Assembly: GCA_051530055.1 (NCBI GenBank) | Contig: CM121342.1 | Coordinates: forward strand, 4,401,489 to 4,465,488 | Reading direction: 5' to 3' | Source of the DNA: Neoechinorhynchus agilis | Lineage: Eukaryota > Animalia > Acanthocephala | DNA length: 64,000 bases | Shown here: in pieces, positions 11,630-23,368 of the stretch | How positions within the stretch are numbered: the stretch's first letter is position 1 | Layout: each line of letters opens with the position of its first letter | Made by a program: the position numbers and the translations under genes | Notes under the pieces: generated by a model | The model's input: the letters and a program-made list of their open reading frames with translations, nothing else | Database searches by the model: none | Told to the model about the DNA's origin: nothing

Positions 11630-12660
11630 AGTCGACTTGACTTCTCGAATGGATTAGTATCGTTCATAACAGGCTCAACAGAACCTGTGTACTTTACAGA
11701 GCTTTCTACTTTAGCCCTTTCCACGTATTCTCCCGTCTTTTGATCAATATATCCACCGGTTGGCATATAATCGTTTGTTTGATTTTTTCGGCGTCTCCTC
11801 CTTATCAGTCTTCTAGTCCTCCTTAGTACATAAGACGCTGGCTAAACGTTCTTCGCTGATTTCTCGATTCAAACCTTATGAGCACTTACGTAAAAAGATC
11901 GAACTCTCTTGAGTACCTTTTTAGGTGTCTTGACAGCCCGATCGGTAGCTGACTTGATTGACGCAGTGAATCGATTGGGTTTCTGCGCTTTGATTTTTCT
12001 TAATTTTGGTTCAGAACAACCGAAAATTACCTCATTCTTCCCATCAGATTGTGATGATTTTCCTCCAAAAGTGACCTACAATTAAAAGCGGTCATTTTTT
12101 AAGCAAAGAAAAGAGACGTACAGTACGTTTGGTTGGTTGCACCAATGATCTGAGATCTTCAGGGGCTATAAATCGATGTGTGTGTGTGGGGGGGAATCAA
12201 AAAGGGAAGATTTGTCTCACATAGCTGCTGATCTTCACTGTAGATCGGGATAACAGTGCCGAAGTACAGAATTGAAGTACTTTCCGCGTCTTTTTTATCC
12301 GTTGACTTGCCTTTCATTCTTTTTGCTACTTTGCTCGCAGCAAACAGAGTAGGCTACAAAGGAGATAGTGTCAAAAAATAAATATGAAAAGCTCTCACAT
12401 TAGTATACACAATCAGTTTCTTGAATAAAGTTTTGTTACGTTTCTTCGGTCGAGGCCGTTTCGGTTGAACCTAAACTCGGAATAGTACATATGGAAAACA
12501 AACAAACATCTCACGTTTTCCTCTTCTACAAGAGCCACTTGAAACGATATAGGTTTTCCTGGAATCTGAATGAATGAAATGAGCGCATTTTTGCAATTGC
12601 CCACACTTTACCTGCTGCTGCTGCTGTTGATTAGGGCTTACGACTACTTTCATCTTTTGC
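11630..12660 (-). CDS. Probable multi-exon gene of unknown function; exon structure not fully resolved
   Basis: Short GT-AG introns separate open segments MKVVVSPNQQQQQQ / IPGKPISFQVALVEEEN / PTLFAASKVAKRMKGK / YMPTGGYIDQKTGEYVERAK...KSSRL*. Confidence 0.4.
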
Positions 12661-13047
12661 TCGAAGTTTGCAATTGGAAACGACGATGTTACCTGATGGA
12701 TTCTTTAACTGTTTCAAAAGTGAACGTCAACACCTCCCAACTAGCTATGAGTCTCGTAAAGTCAACATTAGTGACTAGGAAACAAGGCTCCATAGAGTGA
12801 GAGAAATACAAAGATTGAAGGGCATGATAATTTGCATGTCTCGGATGCAAAGAAATTTCCCTCTGAACCGCAACTATGCAAACGATATGCTCATTTGCTT
12901 TTAGTAGCGTTGTTAAAACTATACGCCAATATCTCAAGGAATCGATTCTTAACCACCCAATAACCCAGCTAGATGTTTATTCATCTAATTGATTATTTCA
13001 TTGAAGGTCATGTGGTGAAAATGATTCACATCCAGAAAGTGACCCAT

Positions 13048-13368
13048 TTATTCATCAGTGGCGTTCATAAAAGGATTAGGAATTTGCTCCATTCCTTCCA
13101 TGGGACATACGAGTATAATAGAAGTTCCGCGGGCAATAACCAGACCAAGTGAATGAGCCTCGCACTCTAATCCTCTGGATTCTCCATCCGGATCACGGGA
13201 GTACTCGAGTGTACTGTCCAGTACCAGATTCGAGTATTGATCGTAGCCTTTAAGAATGCCGGTACATTCTCGTCCACCTACAAACTTTACTCGAATTTTT
13301 TTGTCCATGAATTTCGATAGATCCGTAACAATTTCCTTCTTACGAAGATCCTGAAGATCCGACCGCAT
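13048..13368 (-). CDS. LSM7: U6 snRNA-associated Sm-like protein LSm7
   Basis: DLSKFMDKKIRVKFVGGRECTGILKGYD...NLVLD...LGLVIARGTSIILVCPMEGMEQIPNPF matches the LSm7 Sm1/Sm2 motifs and tail. Confidence 0.95.
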   Translation of the reverse strand: MRSDLQDLRKKEIVTDLSKFMDKKIRVKFVGGRECTGILKGYDQYSNLVLDSTLEYSRDPDGESRGLECEAHSLGLVIARGTSIILVCPMEGMEQIPNPFMNATDE

Positions 13369-13770
13369 TCTCTGAAAATTCGGAGTAAAGTTGATAAAAA
13401 CACACGAGGATGTGCCTCATAAAAATTTCGGATTTAACCAAAATTCCATCAATTTTTTCCGCCATAAACAAAAACATGAGCAATTCAATCTTAAAGAAAG
13501 CACCAAAACGGACTTCCAAAATAAAGAGCACTTTGAAAAAGGACTTTTGTAAAATTGGGTTTATTTCATGAGAGATTTGGGCAAAATGAGTCAACAGCGC
13601 GGCTAAACAAACATCTCTTACTCGGCTTTTTCACTTTAGGCACACAGCCAGCCGATATCTTCGTTCAAGGAAGCCCATAAAATCAGACTTTCAAAAACAT
13701 ACGCGGTTATCAGCTTTGTACGAATAGCTTTGGACATCAGTATTTCGTCGATTGTTAGTTATCGGCGACG

Positions 13771-15155
13771 AGGGGTGGCAAAACTAAAAGAAACTTAAAA
13801 AGATTTCTTGGATTATTATCTTCGGGGGAGGGAAAGATACGTTCTTTTTCTTAGTTTTGGCACTTTGGGGATTCACTGATTTATTTATCCCCGATATTTC
13901 ACTTCTCGTCTGATAATTCAGGCAGTGAACTAAAATCCGAGGGGAGGCAAAACTAAAAGAAAGTTAAAAAGATTTCTTGGATTATTATCTTCGGGGGAGG
14001 GAAAGATACGTTCTTTTTCTTAGTTGTGCCACTTTGGGGATTCACTGATTTATTTATCCCCGATATTTCACTTCTCGTCTGATAATTCAGGCAGTGAACT
14101 AAAATCCGAGGGGAGGCAAAACTAAAAGAAAGTTAAAAAGATTTCTTGGATTATTATCTTCGGGGGAGGGAAAGAGACTTTCTTTTTCTTAGTTGTGCCA
14201 CTTTGGGCATTCACTGGCTTATTTGTCCCCGATATTTCACTTCTCGTCTGATAATTCAGGCAGTGAACTAAAATCCGAGGGGAGGCAAAACTAAAAGAAA
14301 GTTAAAACGGGGGAGGAAAAGAAACTTTCTTTTTCTTAGTTTTTTCACTTTGGGGATTCAACAATTCACTGATTTATTTATCCCCGATATTTTACTTCTC
14401 GTCTGATAATTCAGGCAGTTAATTCAAATCCGGGGGGGGGGTTGCAAAACTAAAAGAAAGTTAAAAAGATTTCTTGGATTATTATCTTCGGGGGAGGAAA
14501 AGAAACTATCTTTTTCTTAGTTTTTTCACTTTGGGGATTCAACAATTCACTGATTTATTTATCTCCGATATTTCACTTCTCGTTTGATAATTCAGGCAGT
14601 GAATTAAAATCCGGAGGGGTGGCAAAACTAAAAGAAACTTAAAAAGATTTCTTGAATTATTATCTTCGGGGGAGGGAAAGAGACTTTCTTTTTCTTAGTT
14701 TTGCCACTTTGAGGATTCAAAAATTCACTGATTTATTTATCCCCGATATTTCACTTCTCGTCTGATAATTCAGGCAGTGAATTCAAATCCGGGGGGGGGT
14801 GGCAAAACTAAAAGAAGGTTAAAAAGATTTCTTGGATTATTATCTTCGGTGGAGGAAAAGAAACTTTCTTTTTCTTAGTTTTGCCACTTTGGGGATTCAA
14901 AAATTCACTGATTTATCCCCGATATTTCACTTCTCGTCTGATAATTCAGGCAGTGAATTCAAATCCGGGGGGGGGTGGCAAAACTAAAAGGAAGTTAAAA
15001 AGATTTCTTGGATTATTATCTTCGGGGGAGGAAAAGAAACTTTCTTTTTCTTAGTTTTTTCACTTTGGGGATTCAACAATTCACTGATTTATTTATCCCC
15101 GATATTTCACTTCTCGTCTGATAATTCAGGCGGTGAAATCAAATCCGAGAGGTGG
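13771..15155. repeat. Satellite array, 159-180-bp unit x 8
   Basis: caaaacta... marker at about 13781, 13950, 14119, 14288, 14447, 14625, 14805 and 14981. Confidence 0.95.
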
Positions 15156-15277
15156 CTTCAAAGTTGAATTTTAGAACACGAAAAACCCGTTCTAAAGTTT
15201 TTTACAAATGAATGCCAAACTATTTATTGAAACTATCGACGGATACAGCCATCGAAACTAACTGAGATCTGCCGTTC

Positions 15278-15931
15278 TCAGTTAAAATACCAGCCGATGT
15301 ACTTGTTAAGATTATCCTCAAAATTTGACTTTTCGTACGAAAACTCATTGTGCGTGACCTTATTATAGAATGTGTATAATGTCATGCTTACGTTTCCAGC
15401 CTTGGATTTGTTGTCCCGTTTCTCCACGTGAAAGTTCTGTTTGTACTTACTACCGTCAACGATTTTTTTGATATCCGTGTAATTTGTATCCGCTTTTGAA
15501 TCCGGGTCCACATAATACTCCAAATCTACCCATCGATCGTCTCCCAATACATCGATGCTATAATTGAAAAATTCCTCAAATTTTGACTTTTCATATTGTC
15601 CCAACCCATAATATTTGTCGAAATGTCTTCCGAATGCATATATTTCTACTCTTCCAGCCTTTGATTCATGGTTAATTTTCTTCAGATCAACACACTTTCC
15701 GTTCTCCTCACCAAGAGCGTTAATGACTTCTTGAATCTCAGTATAATTTGAATCCGTTCCCGTGTCCGATTCCGTATAATAATACTTCACTGTTATCTTT
15801 CTAAACGGATCACTTCTTCTCCTCTGTTCCTTGAATTGGTCTCTCAATGTCGATTCTTGGCCTTGGCGTTTTTGGTTTCCACTGCTGAAACCAATTGCAA
15901 TGAAAGCTGTGAAGCAGAGAAGAGCGATCAT
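15278..15931 (-). CDS. Orphan secreted protein (about 217 aa) with two internal repeats of about 80 aa
   Basis: Signal-peptide-like MIALLCFTAFIAIGFSSG; internal repeat motifs YY..NYT.I / SKAG.V / YEKS.FE occur twice; uninterrupted ORF. Confidence 0.7.
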   Translation of the reverse strand: MIALLCFTAFIAIGFSSGNQKRQGQESTLRDQFKEQRRRSDPFRKITVKYYYTESDTGTDSNYTEIQEVINALGEENGKCVDLKKINHESKAGRVEIYAFGRHFDKYYGLGQYEKSKFEEFFNYSIDVLGDDRWVDLEYYVDPDSKADTNYTDIKKIVDGSKYKQNFHVEKRDNKSKAGNVSMTLYTFYNKVTHNEFSYEKSNFEDNLNKYIGWYFN

Positions 15932-16177
15932 TTTTAAGGTTCGATGGAGAGAGAGAGAAGTTTGACTTTGGAACGATGAATCGCCTCTTTTTATACTCAA
16001 GATGTTTTGACAACAATCGATGACAAACTCAAAAATAGAATAATAATCAACAAGAATCTTTTGGAAAACAAGTAATCACTTGCCTCGACGAATAAGCGTC
16101 TACGAACAATTTTCCCGTTCAATTTAAACTCGTTTTTGTGCTTTAACGTCGATTTTTTGTTGGTTTTCCGAATGCTT

Positions 16178-16293
16178 AAACTCGACATTTTCAATCTGAT
16201 ATTTTTTAATATGAAAATGAACTCTTCCCCGGGCTATTTTATCAGTTTTTGTTTGGGTACTTCAATCTTCTTCCACGATGTGACATTGATCGT
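16178..16293. repeat. Dispersed cassette of about 115 bp (copies at 17931-18046 and, in part, 19687-19727)
   Basis: aaactcgacattttcaa..ctgatatt...tgtgacattgatcgt shared between copies. Confidence 0.85.
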
Positions 16294-16640
16294 AAAAATT
16301 TCAATACAAATTTCGTGGAAACACCTTTCAACGGTCCAGGATATAAATAGTCTCTCGTCGATAGATGATTCCAGCGGATCCTAGACCACAAACTGAAACG
16401 AACTTTCCATATACTTCAATGTTGCTACTTTAACGCACAAACTTCACATCTTCCTTTCGCCTTTGTAGATCGCTGAGCTTAAGTCTTAAGACGACCAAAG
16501 CTTGAGAATAAAGATTTTTCTTTCAACAGCCCGCTCAAGTGTCCATTTTCGAAATTATAAAACTTGAAATTAAAATTCATAAAAAATTCGGTACATCAGT
16601 CGTATTTAGCGCGGTTGTTGGTTTTCATTTTAGAGACAGA

Positions 16641-17347
16641 ATGCAATCGCCTCCCACTCCGGTTGAAAACATATTCAAGTGGCATATTTGGGCTCGCCGT
16701 CATGCGATCCTATCAGCATCCACATCGGCTTTAGTCTGCATTGTTGCCTTGGTGGTGGTAAAGCAACTAATTGTCCACACCGTCATGGCTCTTTTGGTAA
16801 ATATAAGGCAGTGGTTCTTGAATTGTTCGATATTCAGGAACTTCTGACACATTTTATGGTGTCGTCGAAATATCGACTGATAATGGGGAATCGATTGATA
16901 CAATCACAGGTATCGATTACCATAAAATGTACTGTGAAGCTGAAGAAGTGGAGAAACTGGCCAAAGAGAAACAGAATATTTTAAGTCTAAAGATCCACAT
17001 TGGCGATTTTATCCATTCTTTTCTATAGGACGTTGTTCTATTTAAGGAGATCAGCAAAAAAAAAGAGAACAAAGTCACATAGGCCGTGCACTCAAATCAG
17101 TTGTGTTCAAAGGAGTATCTTATGTTCAGTATGTGCCATTTACATGTTCTCGAGTCCAATTCTTTATCTGATGGCACCAAATTGGTCAATAGCGACTCTA
17201 CTCTATTTAATGGCTCACTATCACGGACTTAAACATGTGCCTAAGCGGCTAAGCAAACAAATTGGAGAAGACTTTGCTGAGTTGATGGAACCACCGGAGA
17301 GACCACCACCGAGGTTTATTCAAGACCAACAGAATACTTTTGAGTGA
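16641..17347 (+). CDS. CYBA: p22phox (cytochrome b-245 light chain)-like membrane protein; splicing unresolved
   Basis: FKWHIWARRHAILS (cf. IEWAMWANEQALAS), LFYLRRSAKKK (cf. LLEYPRGKRKK), SIATLLYLMAHYHG (cf. AIASGIYLLAAVRG), KQIG...EPPERPPPR (cf. PQIGG..QPPSNPPPR). Confidence 0.62.
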
Positions 17348-18375
17348 CGAACCAAATTTTTTTAGAATTATGGAAGTCATCGATAGAGAAAATCTTTTGG
17401 GTTAGTCAAATATTATTTTGGTGAAATTACTCATCGAACGGATTTTGGTAGCACCTTTTTTTTGAAACAGAACAAAAACCAAAAAGACGTCGCATCGCTG
17501 TGTCCAACACAATGGAAGGAAATAAAGCTAATTTTAGCTCGAAACTTCCAGCCAACGACGTGTCAACAATCAATACTAAAATCAGTGGGTTCGAGCGGAT
17601 ATATCGTCTTCGAACTTCGGGGGTTTGGCGATCCCGCGCACTGAAGCATAAAACCTGAATGGGAAAAATTCATTTTTAGATGACGGAGGAGGAGACGAGG
17701 TTACCTCCTCACCAAAAGTATAATAATTATGGAAGTAATTTATTGAATCCGATCAGTTTCGGAAGGTGTGCCATTATCAAGGTTCTCGGAATCCCTCGAT
17801 GGGGTCGTCCGAGCTAGATTGTTGGCAGTTTCGACGCGAGAATCGGGTACGTGGTTGAAGGCTGTTCCTCTGGCATCTGTGGGAACTCTTCTTACTGATG
17901 CGGTAACGAGGATCACCCAACGACGTGTCTAAACTCGACATTTTCAATCTGATATTTTTTAACATGAAAATAAACTCTTCCACGGGCTATTTTATCAGTT
18001 TTTGATTGGGTACTTCAATCTTCTTCCACAATGTGACATTGATCGTTGATTATCGTAAAAATTGCACCCTGAAAACAAACCCTTTCATATTTAGAAGGAA
18101 AAAAATGAGTGTTTGCTTAGAATAAATGAAATCGTCAATTGTCGTAGGTTCATAGGATTGGTACGACGTCTTAAGTCGGCCAATAAAGTCCTTCCCAGAG
18201 CATTTGCACTCCATTCTCTGACGCAGCATCAGAGCCAGTTTCCTAGACAAACTTGTGCAAATTGAACTATGGGCGGCAATTATCGGTTTGAACTTAATCG
18301 GACATTTGTGTACCTTGGCCGGCGCATAAAATCATCATTCTCGATGAAGCTGACAGGCTCAATTTTGATTTTCAA

Positions 18376-19662
18376 TTACCTTGGCCAATGGGTACATTTT
18401 GGATGTCTTAGAGTTCAAGGACCAAACTGCCCAGTAGTCAGCAATCTCAATTTTATTTTGCTTCATCAGCCAAGGAATGCATTGAATTCCTTTTCCAGTT
18501 TCAGAGTAGGACAAACATTAAGACACTTGAACTGAATTCCCATTAATATCTTGAAACGAGGCTCTTGATACTGTTCACGATTGGTAACGCAATATCCATA
18601 TCCTTCATCAATCTTCAATGGTACAATGTCATGGATTCCCTGCAACGAATCTCTCAACATCCTCGTTGTCGGACATTTGTGTACCTTGGCCAATGGGTAC
18701 ATTTTGGATGTCCTAGAGTTCAAGGACCAAACTGCCCAGTAGTCAGCAATCTCAATTTTATTTTGCTTCATCAGCCAAGGAATGCATTCAATTCCTTTTC
18801 CAGTTTCAGAGTAGGACAAACATTAAGACACTTGAACTGAATTCCCATTAATATCTTGAAACGAGGCTCTTGATACGGTTCACGATTGGTAACGCAATAT
18901 CCATATCCTTCATCAATCTTCAATGGTACAATGTCATGGATTCCCTCTGACGAATCTCTTAACATCCTCGTTGTCGGACATTTGTGTACCTTGGCCAATG
19001 GGTACATTTTGGATGTCCTAGAATTAAAGGACCCAACTGCCCAGTAGTCAGCAATCTCAATTTTTTATTTTGCTTCATCAGCCAAGGAATGCATTGAATT
19101 CCTTTTCCAGTTTCAGTAGGACAAACATTAAGACACTTGAACTGAATTCCCATTAATATCTTGAAACGAGGCTCTTGATACGGTTCACGATTGGTAACGC
19201 AATATCCATATCCTTCATCAATCTTCAATGGTACAATGTCATGGATTCCCTGCAACGAATCTCTTAACATCCTCGTTGTCGGACATTTGTGTACCTTGGC
19301 CAATGGGTACATTTTGGATGTCCTAGAATTAAAGGACCAAACTGCCCAGTAGTCAGCACACCCAATTTTATTTTGCTTCATCAGCCAAGGAATGCATTCA
19401 ATTCCTTTTCCAGTTTCAGAGTAGGACAAACATTAAGACACTTGAACTGAATTCCCATTAATATCTTGAAACGAGGCTCTTGATACTGTTCACGATTCGT
19501 AACGCAATATCCATATCCTTTATCAATCTTCAATGGTACAATGTCATGGATTCCCTGCAACAAATCTCTTAACATCCTCGTTGTCGGACATTTGTGTACC
19601 TTGGCCAATGGGTACATTTTGGATGTCCTAGAATTCAAGGACCAAACTGCCCAGTAGTCAGC
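18376..19662. repeat. Tandem repeat, 305-bp unit x 4.2, with a long open frame on the minus strand
   Basis: taccttggccaatggg recurs at 18376, 18681, 18986, 19291 and 19596. Confidence 0.95.
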
Positions 19663-21970
19663 ACTCTCAACCTCCGATTCCGACCTTAAACTCGACATTT
19701 TCAAGCTGATATTTTGGATATGAAAATAGACGTAATTATCATTTTTTTGCGACGAATGAAAAGTTGGGTAGAACAGTTTTCGGCGTTCTACATTTTTATT
19801 CCTTTTAAAAAATGATTTATTCTGTGAGTCCACTTTCTCTTTCGATAAAAGAAAGAAAACTTTTAGGTTTTAGGCTTTTTTCTTAGGAATTTCGGTGATT
19901 AAATGTTCATTTTAAAATCCCTATGATTGTTCGCTGCAAAGAATTTCTTATATGAATCGGAGTTAGAAACCGAAAATGCTGACAAGAGGAAACGCGCTGA
20001 TTATTGGCCATTAAATTATTTTGATAAAAAATAGGTCTTTGTTTTATTAAGTTTAAATAAAACTTTATCAACCAAAGGATTTTTTCTCTCTCAATGAATT
20101 ATCATCGTTTATGCGGTGAATGAAAAGTTGGGTACCAAAGTTTTCCTAAATCCAAGGATAACGCTTTTCATGACTTCGAGCAGTTTAATTCGATCAAAAA
20201 AAATAACTCCGATGGCTACGACAACCACATCTTCCATTCTCGAATTGGCCGATACGATGAAATCGAAAAGAGACAAATCCATCGAATAATCCCAATTTCT
20301 TTATGTCAGTGAAAAAATACGTTTGTTGGTCATAAAACGATTCCATCAAATCAGAAAAATAACCGTTTTCAATTTAAAATTCATTGCCGATATTGAAACT
20401 CTCAATCTTGTGAGCAGCCATTTCAAATTACGACAGTCCAAAAAATGATTGTTACTACAAAATCCCAAGAAACTGTTTTCAAAAGATTTAAAATGCCTTA
20501 CCAACGGAAAAACTTGGAAGGCGATACGAAAATTGGTAAATGGACGTTGAGGAAAAACCCTGAATTAACTCGCAAGAAAATTCTCAATTCGGAAACGTTT
20601 TATAGAAGAAAACAAAATTCATTTTGGAGACGGATTCATGGAATCGAAAATGACGCATAAAACGAGAGCCCTATGAAAAAATCTAAGGACAAAAAAAAAT
20701 CGAGACTCGATTTACCGATCGATTTATCTTTATTTTCCATTTAAAGGGGAAAGCGCGAACGCAATCCCCACACCCAAAATTTCCATTCCCGAGTTTCCCC
20801 GATTTGGAGAAATCGCAGACGTCAGCCACCGCCGAAGTGCAATGGAAGGGCCTCTGTCCGGGAGAACGGCCTTCCTGATCACCGTCAACTCCGGAACCAG
20901 GTAAGTATGCCGAAAACGGGAAATCCCGGTTTTTTACTCTTCCATCATTTCGCTACATGAAACTTCCTGGGTTCTATCGTCATACTTAAATTATTCTTTT
21001 TAATTATTTGGTTTTTGTAACTTTTATTTGTTATGGACTTGAGACAGTTCCTAATGATTGAAATGCAACAAAGAAATTCAATTTTTTAATCGCGTTGTTC
21101 TATTTTGTAATCAAAAAACTTTCGATTTAATTTGTCGAAATCCAATGTGAAAGCAATTAATGTTTTAGAAAAATTCATATTTTTTTCATAAACCAAATCT
21201 TTTTGTTTCGTTCGATCACGGTTATTATTGGATTTTGAACGAATCTCCGTAGATATTTTTCCGTTTGATCTGTGCTGATTAAAGTGTGAATCGAAAAGTT
21301 ATTAATTTTGTAAAAAAAGACGAATATTCAGTTAGACAAATTTGCAAGATTTTTATACGACGTTCCGAATATTGTACAAAATCAATCATTCGTTTTAATG
21401 TATTTCAATATCGATTAAATCCATAATGAATATTGGTAATAATTTAATTCTAATAATTTTTATTTGCAGTCTAAGAATAAATTTAGTTCTGTTCAGAGTT
21501 TTAGGCGTCATTGAAAAAAACTGGAACCTAATAATCCCGACGATTCGTTTTGCGTTCACAGCCAAGAAAATCAGAAGCTTTACGACGATGTCGTATTTAA
21601 AAAAATTCATTTGTATTTTCCGTAAAAATTAAAAGAATTGATTCCAATATTTCGGCACAATCTTGTACGCCTTTATCACGGTTTTTAATTATTAATAAAC
21701 GTTTAAGCATCCACGAGGTTGTTCCCAAATATTGAAATCAATAAATTCTTTTAATTTTTATACTCAATTCAAAACATTTTTAAAATTATTGGTGTTTTTA
21801 TTTAAATTCTGCCATAATGAACCTTTTTTTAATATGTTTTTGGCAATTTTACATAGATTTGATTGTTGTTGATTTTGACATCGTGTTCTGCGCACACAAA
21901 AAGGTCTTTGATGAACATTTGCTACTTTTTGGGCCGGAAACCTAAAGTTAAATTTTCGTGAAGATTGTGA

Positions 21971-22906
21971 ATGTTACTAAGCAACCGAGATTCAACGATT
22001 CCATTAGTTACGGACAGGTCTCTTGGATGTATTTATCTCCATATAAAACTCGATTTAATGTTAAAGAAGTCAATTGGGATATTATGTGGACAAAACTCAG
22101 TCGAACTTTTGATTGCAGAAGCAACAAACGATAGTCCGGGAGGTCCATTACCGAAACAATTGGCCGAACTTTCATCATTGAGTCGTCTAAATGAAGGACG
22201 GTGTTTAATAATGAGTGCTCTAGAGCGTAGGATGCTGTTATTGAGATTCGGGCAAACTATTCGATCCATTCATAAATGCATTTTGGTTCTATTACATTTG
22301 GTCCTGGAAGGTTCCTTGGACATTGTGTCCAATATTCGAGAGTTTGAAATGCAATTCCGTGAGGATTTTGCGACGATCATTGCAGTGTATGCGAATCATA
22401 GTATAAAAAGTGGCGACAGTGATTTATATGAATTAATGAACAAACAATTGAAAGAACTCAGAATGCTCTTGAGCGATAGTTTTGAACTGACGATAAGGAG
22501 GCGAGTCGCTCTTGAACGTAGACCGTTGATTGATGAAAGATGCGGAGTCTCGAACATCCATTCCATTGAGGAAAGAGTTCCGTTAGATAACAAGATTGTA
22601 CGAAATCGACGACATTCTGTGGGACGTTTTAATTCAAGTGTTCTTAAGAATTGTCGTTTTAACAAGAACATTTGTTGTAGACGGTTTTTTGATTGCGCTC
22701 AAAATTATTTCTTTACAAAAACGTCGTCGTTGATAGCTGGACACTACGGTTGGAATAGTGTACATTTCAGTGATTCGAGTGTACCTCCTCAAGTGTCCGA
22801 GCACTTTAATGATCCCAAAGAAATGGTCGCCGGCGAACCGTTCAAGAATCACCAACTAATTGACTTGGACGATGATGATCCAAAGGACCTAAATGATGTT
22901 GATTGA
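21971..22906 (+). CDS. Uncharacterised ORF of about 311 aa; possible 5' exon at 20842-20900
   Basis: Long ORF in AT-rich DNA with helical-looking composition; ATG exon ending in ag|gtaagt at 20900. No family recognised. Confidence 0.5.
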   Translation: MLLSNRDSTIPLVTDRSLGCIYLHIKLDLMLKKSIGILCGQNSVELLIAEATNDSPGGPLPKQLAELSSLSRLNEGRCLIMSALERRMLLLRFGQTIRSIHKCILVLLHLVLEGSLDIVSNIREFEMQFREDFATIIAVYANHSIKSGDSDLYELMNKQLKELRMLLSDSFELTIRRRVALERRPLIDERCGVSNIHSIEERVPLDNKIVRNRRHSVGRFNSSVLKNCRFNKNICCRRFFDCAQNYFFTKTSSLIAGHYGWNSVHFSDSSVPPQVSEHFNDPKEMVAGEPFKNHQLIDLDDDDPKDLNDVD

Positions 22907-23368
22907 TCTTTGAGTCAGATTAAATTTCGTAGCTTGGACTTTACTTTGACCATTTAATCGATACAAAAGGAAATATCTATCGTTTGATCTTCATAGTCAG
23001 GCGCAGAGCTCATCAAGGAAGATTTGCAGCAAATTTTCAAATCCATTGGTCCGATCAACGGCGGTGTTAACAACTATCAATCATCAATTTTATTAAATCT
23101 AAGCAGGTTCTCACATCGTAACCGATTTGATCTTTTTCAAATAGAATTCGTGATTAGAATTTTTGATCTTGAAAAATTTCTATTTCCAAGATAAATTTCA
23201 AATTCGTCTTTTGGAACCTCAGAAGACGAGTACAATCGCACCAAGTTCTTAATTCGCTTATCTCGAAACGAGATAGACGTTTCAAAGCCGAATTCCGTCA
23301 CTTCTCAAATCCAGCAGTTTTCTGGAACACGTGATTTATTTCGAGTTGCATTTCAGGATTTTTCCCGC

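Noticed and set aside
13347-13385. CUGAAGA...GAAAAUUC hammerhead-like spacing at the LSm7 start
   Set aside because: No stem II can form and it overlaps coding sequence; likely coincidence.
22033-22855. Short antisense ORFs over the 311-aa ORF, and similar shadow ORFs over other genes
   Set aside because: Shadow frames of real coding sequence with no independent support.
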